From contig JAQGDQ010000487.1 in NCBI GenBank assembly GCA_030141605.1, positions 1 through 64,000 of the forward strand: DNA of 64,000 bases. Reading direction: 5' to 3'. The notes beneath the pieces were generated by a model, which was not told the DNA's origin, did no database searches, and saw only the letters and a program-made list of their open reading frames with translations. Origin of the DNA: Tubiluchus corallicola (taxonomy: Eukaryota > Animalia > Priapulida). Below are positions 14,029 through 24,491 of this stretch, piece by piece. Both the position numbers and the translations under genes were made by a program. How positions within the stretch are numbered: position 1 is the first letter of the stretch; each line of letters begins with the position of its first letter.

Positions 14029-14937
14029 TGTTGGGAGCCGTTTGGACCACTGCGCCAAGTAGACCACTTGATGCGCTAAAAGTAGTGTCCTACATGGGCA
14101 GCCCAAGTAGGACACTAGCGATTTTTGTCGAGAAACCTGCTCTGGCAAAACTTGTTTCCAGTTTATATTACCATTGTTTATAAGTATTGTTATGACATAA
14201 TAAAGCATAAAACAAAATTTCTTTTAGAAATGGATATTCCTTGGCAATTTACAAATGCATTTCTTACAATAATTTCATCATTATGATTAACTCCATTAAT
14301 ATATCATAACATTAAACCTAGTATCTAATGCTTTAAAGAGAGAAATTCTGCACACAGTTATTACAGAAATAATTGCAAATTTAAAAATGAGACAGATGCT
14401 GCTAAGCCTTCACAACACCAAAAAGTAATTTTTAACATTTAAGAAAAGCAAGATAATTAGTTTTAATATTATCAGTAGTATTGTAACATGTAGGCACTGT
14501 CTACATGGCTCGCAGCCCATGTAGGACACATAGATCGCTAGAACGTTTACTTATAAGAAAACAATTATTTGCCCAAGAGGTAGTGAAACGGATCACCTGT
14601 TTGTGAAGTGAGACAAAATCAAAAATGATATACCTTAAACAAATGTTGAATTCGCAAAAAAGTGGGTTTTTTCACTTCAACAACATTAATATCGAAACCA
14701 AATTTAATATTGTCCGTTCTACCAGCTCAGAATAAAATTCTTTTATTTTATTAGATGTATAATAAATTATTCAACGTGTATTAACGTTTTTAATTATTAT
14801 TATTACATAAACAAGCACAACGGACGGTGTCAGTACACTTAACGACTGAATTCACGACCTGTCTCTAGTGTCCTACTTGGGCAGCCCAAGTAGACCAATT
14901 GGTCTACTTGGCGCAGTGGTCCAAACGGCTCCCAACA
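14029..14937. mobile_element. non-autonomous TIR element with TGT...ACA ends and 5-bp TSD (Ginger2/TDD-like)
   Basis: TIR tgttgggagccgtttggaccactgcgccaagtagacca at both ends; direct repeat aatgc at 14024..14028 and 14938..14942; subterminal palindromes such as tagtgtcctac(a/t)tgggcagcccaagtag. Confidence 0.85.
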
Positions 14938-15149
14938 AATGCATTGCCGAAATTTTTATAAAAATGTGCACGGTTTTAGCGTTTGAGTCAAATAGTTTTG
15001 TTTTATCACGGGGCAATTTTCCGGGATTTCAAACATACGTTGTTGGTAAAATGTGTCCGAATCAACAAAATACATAAACGAATTATTCAATAATCAGGAT
15101 ACAGAAAACCATTTTTGCAGAGCCACATAACGATACTAGATAAAATGTT

Positions 15150-15400
15150 GGCAAAAACAAACTAAGGTTTTATAGATATATAAGAAGTCGATAAATTAGA
15201 AGTTTAGTTTGAAAATTATTTCTGAGAAATGAACAGAGACAAGCGATTACAGAATTACGTATAAGAAACCATGACCTGGCAATAGAACGTGGTATACAGA
15301 CAGAAAAGAGAGAGGATGGAAGGCTTTATAAATTAGTAGAAAACGAATTACATTACCTTTTACCTGTCCTTTGTTTGAAGATATTAGACAAATATATGTA
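15150..15400 (+). mobile_element. non-LTR retrotransposon relic (ORF2 C-terminal zinc-binding region, RTE-X/L2-like)
   Basis: Frameshifted peptides KLRFYR.., RQAITELRIRNHDLAIERG.., VENELHYL..TCPLFEDIRQ match the LINE C-terminal pattern (LRxxxHxLxIExG...ExHxLxxCP). Confidence 0.65.
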
Positions 15401-15564
15401 TTTATATATATATAATCTATCTTCTCAAAAAGTAATGTACACTCAGTAATGCTGCGCTTTTTAAATTAACCCATGAGACCTCATTGTGGAAAATGAATGT
15501 GATAAAAAGGCAGTTACATCTTTGTGATAATCTATGAGAGCTGGATAAATTTTGTGTTTTGCAT

Positions 15565-16676
15565 AATTTCATTGCTTTTGTGATCAATTTTAATCATTTA
15601 GATTTTGCATTTTTATTAGTTCTTTGCAGCTTGCACATAATTTTTTATTAGATTTAAGTAGGCTGTTTAATAAGGGTAAGCATTAAGGGTAAGGGTTAAG
15701 AATGTCATAATTTTAATAATTACTAATGTTTCCTAAAATAAACTGATAACAATGAAGCCCACCAGTGTCTAAAAATCTTTTTATCTATTCATATTCGGTA
15801 AAGGATAGCAGACAAGGTGACTCTATAGTCTTTTCGCTATACTTTCTCTAGCTCTAGATCTATCTATACATTTTAACCATTCTTCAAAACTTATTAGAGA
15901 TTCTTTTATTAATCATGTTGTATTGTAGCATTATAAAGAGATGAATAAATTAAAATTGAATTGAATTTGAATATTGAATACTAAATAGCGAATATTCAAT
16001 TGTAATATGGTTATTATTATTGTAAATTGTGTTAAAGTGAAGAGATGAGTAAATGGCTTATGTGTAGAGGTGAGCATCGAAAGTTTGACTTCGATATTCA
16101 GTGTTCGATTTGGGTGAGTTAATTTCATTGCTTTTGTGATCAATTTTAATCATTTAGATTTTGCATTTTTATTAGTTCTTTGCAGCTTGCACATAATTTT
16201 TTATTAGATTTAAGTAGGCTGTTTAATAAGGGTAAGCATTAAGGGTAAGGGTTAAGAATGTCATAATTTTAATAATTACTAATGTTTCCTAAATTAAACT
16301 GATAACAATAATGCCCACCAGTGTCTAAAAATCTTTTTATCTATTCATATTCGGTAAAGGATAGCAGACAAGGTGACTCTATAGTCTTTTCGCTATACTT
16401 TCTCTAGCTCTAGATCTATCTATACATTTTAACCATTCTTCAAAACTTATTAGAGATTCTTTTATTAATCATGTTGTATTGTAGCATTATAAAGAGATGA
16501 ATAAATTAAAATTGAATTGAATTTGAATATTGAATACTAAATAGCGAATATTCAATTGTAATATGGTTATTATTATTGTAAATTGTGTTAAAGTGAAGAG
16601 ATGAGTAAATGGCTTATGTGTAGAGGTGAGCATCGAAAGTTTGACTTCGATATTCAGTGTTCGATTTGGGTGAGTT
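15565..16676. repeat. tandem duplication, 2 x 556 bp
   Basis: 15565..16120 and 16121..16676 are near-identical; the few differences seen include aaaata/aaatta and aatgaagccc/aataatgccc. Confidence 0.95.
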
Positions 16677-16998
16677 TTTTTGGTTCGAATTCGATTTGAA
16701 CCTAAAATTATAGATACGAATAATTCAGCACTTCAGCCAAACACGTTCTTTATTATTAAAATGTTTGAAACAGTATGCAACTAACACAATTTAGCTCCTG
16801 TTTTTGTGCAAAACTTTTAAAAAACTAATAGTGGTTTTAGTGCAGGACAAAATCAAGTAATATGCATGATCTTTGTAAGACCACTTTTTACTAGTGGGTT
16901 GAAAATTTTTCAAACTCAATTCGAATTCGTTTCGGTTGCGAAATGCTGAAATTCGGTTCAATTCGAATGTCACAAATTCAATTCAATTCGAATACCCT
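16620..16998. mobile_element. TTCGAA-rich degenerate non-autonomous element (hAT-like)
   Basis: Starts tagaggtg...; clustered (A)TTCGAAT motifs near both ends; ends are poorly defined. Confidence 0.35.
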
Positions 16999-17702
16999 TT
17001 CTTGCAGAGAATGCTCGCTCCAACGTATGTGTGCACTATGTTTAACTGTTTGCTAGCTTGTAAGTTCTATATGCCATTAGGTTTAAAAGAAACTTACTAT
17101 CAAATTGCTGTAGGACTGAAATCACAAAATTTGACTATTTTTGCTAGTCGTTTGGGGAATTACTGTTACAACCGTATGGCTTTTAATGACAGGATGCATG
17201 CACTTAACAAATTTCAACACATGGTAGATTCTTTGGCTTATAAATTGAAAGAGCTTATATTGATGACATTTAGTGATTTCAAAACTCACTGTAACGCAAA
17301 GTTTAGGAAGGACGAAACTTATTGTTACGTTTTTCGTTTTTGTGATTAGCGGCTATGCTGGCGGCATCAAACGGCGGATGCTTAAAAAATTTCGAGCCGC
17401 GTATTTACTGTAATAATAATATTTTTAAGTAATCACTTTTGCCCTTTTAATAAAAAAAAGAATATCTCAAATAAAGGCAATTATTAGTTTCAAAAACTAA
17501 AAAACATCTCATGAAAACGAAAAAGAGTTGCAGCAATAAGTTTGTATAGTCTACTTGCAAATACTTCAGTTTTCTTGTAAATAAAATTTTACTGTTCTTC
17601 CTAAGGAAAGAGGCTAGCTGACTGCATGATGGGCTTGGTACTATGTAAAAAAACTAATGCCTTTTTTAATTATTTATTTATTTTTCTCTCCCTCCCTCTC
17701 TT

Positions 17703-17825
17703 AGAGAGAAAGAGATGGAGCGAGAGAGAAAGAGAGAAAGAGGGAGGGGGGTGGAGAGAGACAGACAGACAGATACACACCACACACACACACACACGCA
17801 CGCACGCACGCACACGCACGCACGC

Positions 17826-17873
<48 letters not shown>
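17703..17873. repeat. compound (GA)n/(CA)n/(CGCA)n microsatellite
   Basis: Read directly from the sequence. Confidence 0.95.
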
Positions 17874-17876
<3 letters not shown>

Positions 17877-18554
17877 CATTAAAAATTTTATACTCTGGCT
17901 AGTTTAGAATGTGATCTAAAGTTCATCATTGATCACTCAGTTAAAATTGTTAAATTGTTTCTTCTGTTTCAGTTTTTTAAGTTTAAATACGAATAGTATG
18001 ATATTTCTATTGCTTTGACAAAACATTGTTCTTTTCTGTAAATTTACAAAAAAGAAGAAGAGAAGTCATGTCTCTCACCATACATCCCATGATATTACTT
18101 TTGACATAACATAACTTTGCATCCTTGAAGAACATGACTCAATTTTGTGCAAATCGTAACGAAACTACTTTTTGTACATTCAGCTGTACACGTGTAAACG
18201 TCATTGTTTAAGAACTGCAAACAGCAAGCTAACCAGTACCAATAGCTTTCGATTACCTAGACTATAACGAGAACAATACATTCATGATAATAATAAACAA
18301 ACTGAAACCCGATGAAGCTCCAAGAATAGGATTTGATCTGTGACCAAATTACAAAGGTTAAACAACGAAACAGCAAGGCACACATCTGTGGCGCATGTGT
18401 CTCAAAAGTGTAGGTGCTGTGATGCAAGACATGATAAAACAGGTTACAGGATTAATGATGTTCACTGAAATATCCACATTTTATAGTTTTAATTTGTGGT
18501 TTAACATCTGGGTTGAAACAACACGAAGTACAGACTTACTGCTTAGATTTGACA

Positions 18555-19379
18555 ATGTTTGTTGAAAACGGTACTACAGAAGCAAATTTAAGTGAAAGTT
18601 TCTGTATAATCATTCTGATTCTTTATGCCACTGTATTCATAATTACTATTGCTGGCAACATCTTAGTTCTAGTTGCAGTTTACAAGTTCGAACAGCTACA
18701 AACAAGAATGAATTTACTTATTGTGTCGCTAGCTGTAACAGATTTATTAGCTGGACCTAGTGATGTTCTAATACGAATTTGGTTTTTACATTCGAAAAAC
18801 ATTTCTAACACATACCGTCAAATAAAGGTAATTGTCAAAACAATAAATGTTTCTAGCATACTACATTTGTGCACAATAGCTGCAGAGAGATTTTTGGCTG
18901 TTGTTTATCCTTACAAATATAATATATATGTGACAAAAAGAGAATTAGTTACTGCAATATGCGTGACATGGATTATTTCAATGATAAGTGTCGGTATGCA
19001 TGAGATATACCGGGCAACAAGTGCTATATTTTTTTGTATACTTTCGTCGATAATACTTTTGTTATATACTGTCATATGGAGAGTTGCACGAAAACAAGTT
19101 TTACAAATTCGTGATCAAAACCAGCAGATAAATACAAAAGTGATGGAAATGAAAGCAACTAAAACTTTACTTATTGTCACCATTGCATTTATTATTTTTT
19201 GGGCACCAGTTCTTATTGTACCTGTGACTAACTGTGCATGGTGTAAATCAACAGTGACACGCAGTTTAATGGCATGGCTTCATTATTGGAACAGTGCCGT
19301 AAATCCATTCATCTGCGCTGCATCAAACAGTAAATTTCGAACAGCATTCAAGAAGATCCTCAGATGCACTAGGACTTAG
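18555..19379 (+). CDS. class A (rhodopsin-like) orphan GPCR, intronless, about 274 aa
   Basis: First ATG at 18555. N-glycosylation sites in the N-terminus; TM1 GN..V, TM2 SLAVTD, TM3 AAERF, TM4 W, TM6 FIIFWAP, TM7 NSAVNPFIC, helix 8 FRTAFKKIL. Confidence 0.88.
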   Translation: MFVENGTTEANLSESFCIIILILYATVFIITIAGNILVLVAVYKFEQLQTRMNLLIVSLAVTDLLAGPSDVLIRIWFLHSKNISNTYRQIKVIVKTINVSSILHLCTIAAERFLAVVYPYKYNIYVTKRELVTAICVTWIISMISVGMHEIYRATSAIFFCILSSIILLLYTVIWRVARKQVLQIRDQNQQINTKVMEMKATKTLLIVTIAFIIFWAPVLIVPVTNCAWCKSTVTRSLMAWLHYWNSAVNPFICAASNSKFRTAFKKILRCTRT

Positions 19380-20599
19380 AAGTGGTAAATAACAATAATT
19401 TATATACAGTACACTCTCGACATGTATATGTACATAGCTTAAAGAAATGTTATTCTACAGTCAGTTAGACTCATTACTCTGCCATTTGCTAGAGCTTGGG
19501 GAAATGCTAACAAAATTTATTAACTATAAGTGCCATTTGCTTACTTTTCTTCACTAGATATTAAAAGTTTTGCTTCAGCATTCTGGTGTTATATTAATTT
19601 TGCTAATGTATAGCTTCAGTTATGGATGTATTGATTTACTAATGTACTTACTGATTGTACAGAAATGTAATTACTAATGATTCACTGATTTACCTACTAA
19701 TAATTACCATTAGCTAAGTTACAGTCATCTATTCGTAAGTATATACATGCAAATCATTACTGGAGCTTGGCTTGGGAAAGTGTATTATTCTGACAGAAAG
19801 TGACAAAATCTGTTTTTTACAGTTGTATATTATGTTAAAGTGGCTAGTAAACCACTTCAAATATGGTCATATGGACTTACGGATACTATATAAATTGCGT
19901 AACTTGAGATTAATCAGCCTCACTATTCAAATGTCTCAGTGTGGAGTTTCCTCTGTGGTAGTTTATTTTCGAAATAAGGCTGTCAGAATGAACAAGAGCT
20001 CAAAATTCTCAGTAAATGGGTTTTCATGGGCTTTTTCACAAAACTTCTACTTCTAATGTCGGGAACACAGGAATGTATCTGAGGACAAATAGACAATAAT
20101 TAGGCATTTCTTCTATAGTGAGAGTAGTAGGATTAGTTAGATGATGAATTGATGAATGAGGCCCACGGAATTCAGTAGATGGTAGAAACCTATCAACCTT
20201 TTGCATGACACCTTTGTGTGATACTATCTAAGTTGTTTTTGACATCATTGTCACTGCTGTAGATAACAATGGTAATGATGAAAGCGATGACAAACAACTG
20301 CACAATAAAACCCAAATTGATCGTGGTGACGACAATTGAGATAATGGTGATCACTGTTACGACAATTATGGCACGCTGATGACAATGATAATGACACAGT
20401 AGTGCAAAATGTAAAAATGATGACGTGTAAAACACATCCGCAAGTGGCAAGTAACAGGATCATGTTACTTACTTCTTATTGCTTAACTTGTCAACTATTC
20501 ATACATGCAATTACAAAGAATGTTATCTCATTGCTTTTCTAAATTTTACAAACTGTTCTATTAAAACATGAAATTAAAATAAATGAAAAAGTATTATGT

Positions 20600-21346
20600 T
20601 ATTTATCTTCTTAAATCCAACAATCCACCAGTAGAGAGCCCATGTTTTTTTCGTATTCTCTTGCACATAAGCCACGAACGTGCGCAGCATTTATCAGTAA
20701 AATGCGTAAAAAGCTAAAAGTAACTCATATACTATTCAAGAAACCTGACCCAGATGTACTAAAACTGCCACTATGATGGAAGCAGGAGGAGCAACCCACT
20801 AAAATTTAAAGGTTGTCCCAGAAAAATAAATGAGATTTTCCAATCAACCCTTTTATTTCAGATTCCCTGGAAGAAAAATAAATAGAAAAAGAATTTTTTA
20901 CACTTACCTGTGGGATGCCTTGAGAATGAACATATGCCACCACTTCAGAAGGCATTCGTAAACGTACGCGAAACTTACTCTGTACATCGACAGCATTCTT
21001 ACCAGTGAATGGACAGTGCGGGCATGTTTCAAATCCCCTACCATTGTAATCTACAAATAATACAAGCAGATATATAATTTCATCATTGACTTTATTGACT
21101 GTCGTCTCAATCAAGACCTTCATCAACGGCATCATCATCCTCATTGCCACTATCGATATAACTGATGAAACGCGTGTAAGTTAATTCTATTACAAAAGTA
21201 TCTATCAAAGCAAAATAGAAACAACACATAAAGAAATGACACCATAGTAATACACATACATACATACATACACACATACATACATACACACATACATACA
21301 TACATACATGCATACGTACATACATGCATACACACACACGCACACA

Positions 21347-21379
<33 letters not shown>

Positions 21380-21690
21380 ATCCTTCTTTTCCTTTTGTTG
21401 AAGGGTCTGCCATTTGTTTCTTGGGTCGTTTTAGTCCATGCAAGGTGGCAGATTTGGCACATTAAAAATTGCACCCATTTACGTGTCCTGCAATTAATCT
21501 ATATAATTACACATATATTATATTGTAGGTTTGTATGTAAATAATGTGCACACACACACACGCACACAACAAGTAATTGTATAACGTGCTTCATATATAA
21601 ATAATCAATAGAGTAGTACAGATCAGTAGGACTGAACTGCCAGCCTAAGGCATCGTAATGTCTTGAAACACCCATGCACACTCACTCCAA
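20600..21690 (-). pseudogene. decayed spliced relic with possible Ulp1-protease-like, PHD-like and CxxC fragments
   Basis: Fragments VCMGVSRHYDALGWQFSPTD (about 21681..21620), RKWVQFLMCQICHLA / HGLKRPKKQ (frameshifted, acceptor at 21487/21488), and an exon at about 20908..21050 FETCPHCPF flanked by ag/gtaagt. No intact ORF. Confidence 0.25.
21250..21378. repeat. (TACA)n/(CA)n/(CGCA)n microsatellite
   Basis: Read directly from the sequence; accounts for the spurious CVCV ORFs. Confidence 0.95.
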
Positions 21691-22727
21691 TACATGTATA
21701 CATGTATATATTTAACGATATAAATTGATTGCCCTTAGCACCTACTCCTATATAGTCAATAAATTTAAGCCTAACTAAATCTTAAAAAGTAAAACTAAAT
21801 ATAAGTGACGTCTACACATAATATATAAAATGTTATAACCCACCTGCAGATTCTAATTTATGTGCCAAGTTGGTTTTTGACTTGAATTCTGTAACTTGAT
21901 TTTGATCTAGTTATTTGGTTGTTATAAAGGTGGAAGTAATGTCAGTTGTTTAGGATGACAGTCTCGTTTTGTTTCGTTCATGGTTCGTTTTGTTATTTTT
22001 TGTTCACTGACTATAAAAAAGTAACGTCATAAATGGATCTCTGTTTGTTCAACATTATTTTATAACCAACTCCAACTCATAACAAAGGCCAATGTATGAT
22101 TATATGCTTTTTAAACATCTTTTAACTTGAAACTTTTAACATGCAGATGCTTAGATTAAGTTGTATTCTGGAAAAATTATTTGCTCTTCTGAAAAAATCG
22201 ATTCTTTTTTCTATGAAAGGTATTACACTTCAAAGTCAAGCTTAATATTTTTCCAAGCTATATTTCCTGAAAAGAGCATTTTAAATAGGAATGTTTTTTA
22301 GAAAAAAATGTTTCTCCAGAAATAGAATTCCACATGAGATAAGTATTTGCAATTTTTCTCTATATTAGCTTTCTTAACTCCTTTTGTAAATAACTTTTCA
22401 TTAGTTTTCATGAGATATGAATATAATATTTTTTTAACTACTAATTATTCTTAGGGTCTTATGTTTGCTTTAAATAATATTAAAAAATATAACTGCTGCT
22501 ATAAATCGTCAAAGACAGTACAGACTACTTTATCTGCTACAGTACACACGGGTGTGCGAACAGCTTGCGCTAAAGCGTACCTGATAACAGTCCGTACTGC
22601 TGCGCCGCTATGGCGACACCAACTGCGCGAACTGCTGCGCAGTAGGAATTTCCCTACTTTCTTTTTGTATACTTTGGTATCATTTTGGAGAACGTTGACC
22701 GTGCCTTTCTTGTGTCGGTGAACACTG

Positions 22728-22741
22728 ATTACCATGGCAAC
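22728..22741. promoter_or_regulatory. RFX X-box in the putative DLEC1 (possibly bidirectional) promoter
   Basis: attaccatggcaac has one mismatch to GTTNCCATGGNAAC. It lies in a CpG-richer patch with an inverted CCAAT box (attgg, about 22906) and a donor GAG|gtaaaa at 22939 that could splice to the acceptor at 24476 just before the DLEC1 ATG. Confidence 0.65.
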
Positions 22742-24345
22742 GATATAGAAATAGCGTTTGGTTGGCGACTTTTCAGCCGCTATTCTGGCGCATGTTAATT
22801 TTATAAACTTTTTTCTATTACCGATTAAGTCAGCTGTGCAGTATGTGTTAGTAACACTAGAATCTATAGATAAACAAGAGCAAAATGAGAAACTCAGTGC
22901 CTATGATTGGTTTGGAGATACGTAATTGTAGCGGTTGAGGTAAAAGTTTAAGCAAATTCCCTAGTTCGGCAGTCGCCTTGTATTGTACCTCCCAGTCACA
23001 GTGAGTCAGTGACTGAACTCCGCAGAATTTCTACGAATTCCTGGCCCGAAATTGATTCAGAAATATGAAATCGGGATGCCAGGCTCTTGTATTTCTTTTG
23101 GTGCATGGTCCAGAATAAAGTAACTGATCCAGCCAATTTAGTAATACTAGTATTACTAACTTAGTGCAATTTGATTATATATACAAATAATATAATCAAA
23201 TTTAAATAAATTTGCACATTGAATTTATGCTGCTTTGCTCTGCAAGATGTAGTTGAAGAAATTCTGTTAATGAGATAGATGTAATTTCAAAATCAAGCTT
23301 ACAAACAAAAGCAAAGGTATGCCAGCACAACGATTAGATGAAAATTTAGCTGCTCCTTACTTAAGAACATATGTATGTGGGCTAAATTGTCTTATTATCA
23401 TACAAGTTTCATTTTAAATTGTATTAATTTGTACTAAATTATATTCATTTGGGTATCGTGTTTTGATCTGGTGAATTTTTGGGTGCAGTGTTATAATATT
23501 ACGTTTGAATGTAGATTGCTGTCACTGATTTACAATGACAATTTGCAATTAGATAGAGGTCGACAAAAATGAGCTTAAACAGCATGAAAAGTTGTAATAT
23601 TAAAAGCTCATCTAGCTGATGATAACAATAACATGATCATGAAAATGGCAAATAATAGAGCCATTGGCGTGCAATGGAAATAACTACTGATTAGTGCAGT
23701 AAAATTTTTAGTAAAAATAATAGGTTCCTAATAAATATTGATGACGTTAATAACCCTTAAGCTGCATCCTGCAATATGAAGCATTACTTAATGCAGGGAG
23801 TTTGACATGAATTACTTTGTTTCTATTGAGATGAATAGCCTAGTGGTCTGGCACCTGTTTTGCAAGTGAAGTTGAACAATGCCATACTGCTCAGTGAGTG
23901 TTTGTAAATGCCCGTGTTTGAGTGATAGAGGGTTAAGTTTAATAATGAGCCACAAATATGATAATCCTTGCCACTGAGTGCAGATTTCAGGCATGCAGTG
24001 CACTGAACCATATTAAAAACAATAAATACTCATATTCAGTCTTTCAGCTAATTTTTGTTGAGCCACATATAAGCGCAAATTGTCAATGTGAGTTTGTGAA
24101 CATTTTAGATTTAAACATAACATTACACAAATTATCAAAATTTGAGGCTGTATAATGATGTTTGCCTGTACCTAGATTATGTGACTCAAAACTGCAAAAC
24201 TATTTAGGCATGATTTAGGTTTGATTAACTTTTAGTGTTTAAAACCTTCAATGTTAATATTATTCAGATTATTGACAGTCTAATGTTCCATTATTTTAGT
24301 TTAACTAGAGCAGGGTTCCAATTAGCTAATTAGTTTATATATATA

Positions 24346-24440
24346 TATTCAAATCTCAATTGACCCTGATCATAACATATATATAAATATATAAAATATA
24401 TATATATATGTTATGATCAGGGTCAATTGAGATTTGAATA
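24346..24440. repeat. perfect inverted duplication around a (TA)n loop
   Basis: tattcaaatctcaattgaccctgatcataacatatatata ... tatatatgttatgatcagggtcaattgagatttgaata. Confidence 0.95.
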
Positions 24441-24491
24441 GGCAAACTTATGTAACATTATTTGTTTTAATTTCAGGTTACATATAGCAAG

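Noticed and set aside
15670-15700. Interstitial telomere-like taaggg repeats
   Set aside because: Only about 4 imperfect units; too short to call.
17626-17907. HT/CV-repeat ORFs (also 21107..21544 and 36628..37113)
   Set aside because: These are translations of CA, TACA and CT microsatellites.
11937-19316. Idea that A-to-G changes in conserved motifs of ACP7 (CAT to CGT) and the GPCR (TAC to TGC) record retrocopied A-to-I edited mRNA
   Set aside because: Two transitions are easily explained by ordinary mutation; there is no further support.
22499-22735. 78-aa basic ORF MVISVHRHKK... as a divergent coding gene
   Set aside because: Its ATG lies inside the X-box, and splicing to the next plausible exon gives an almost immediate stop.
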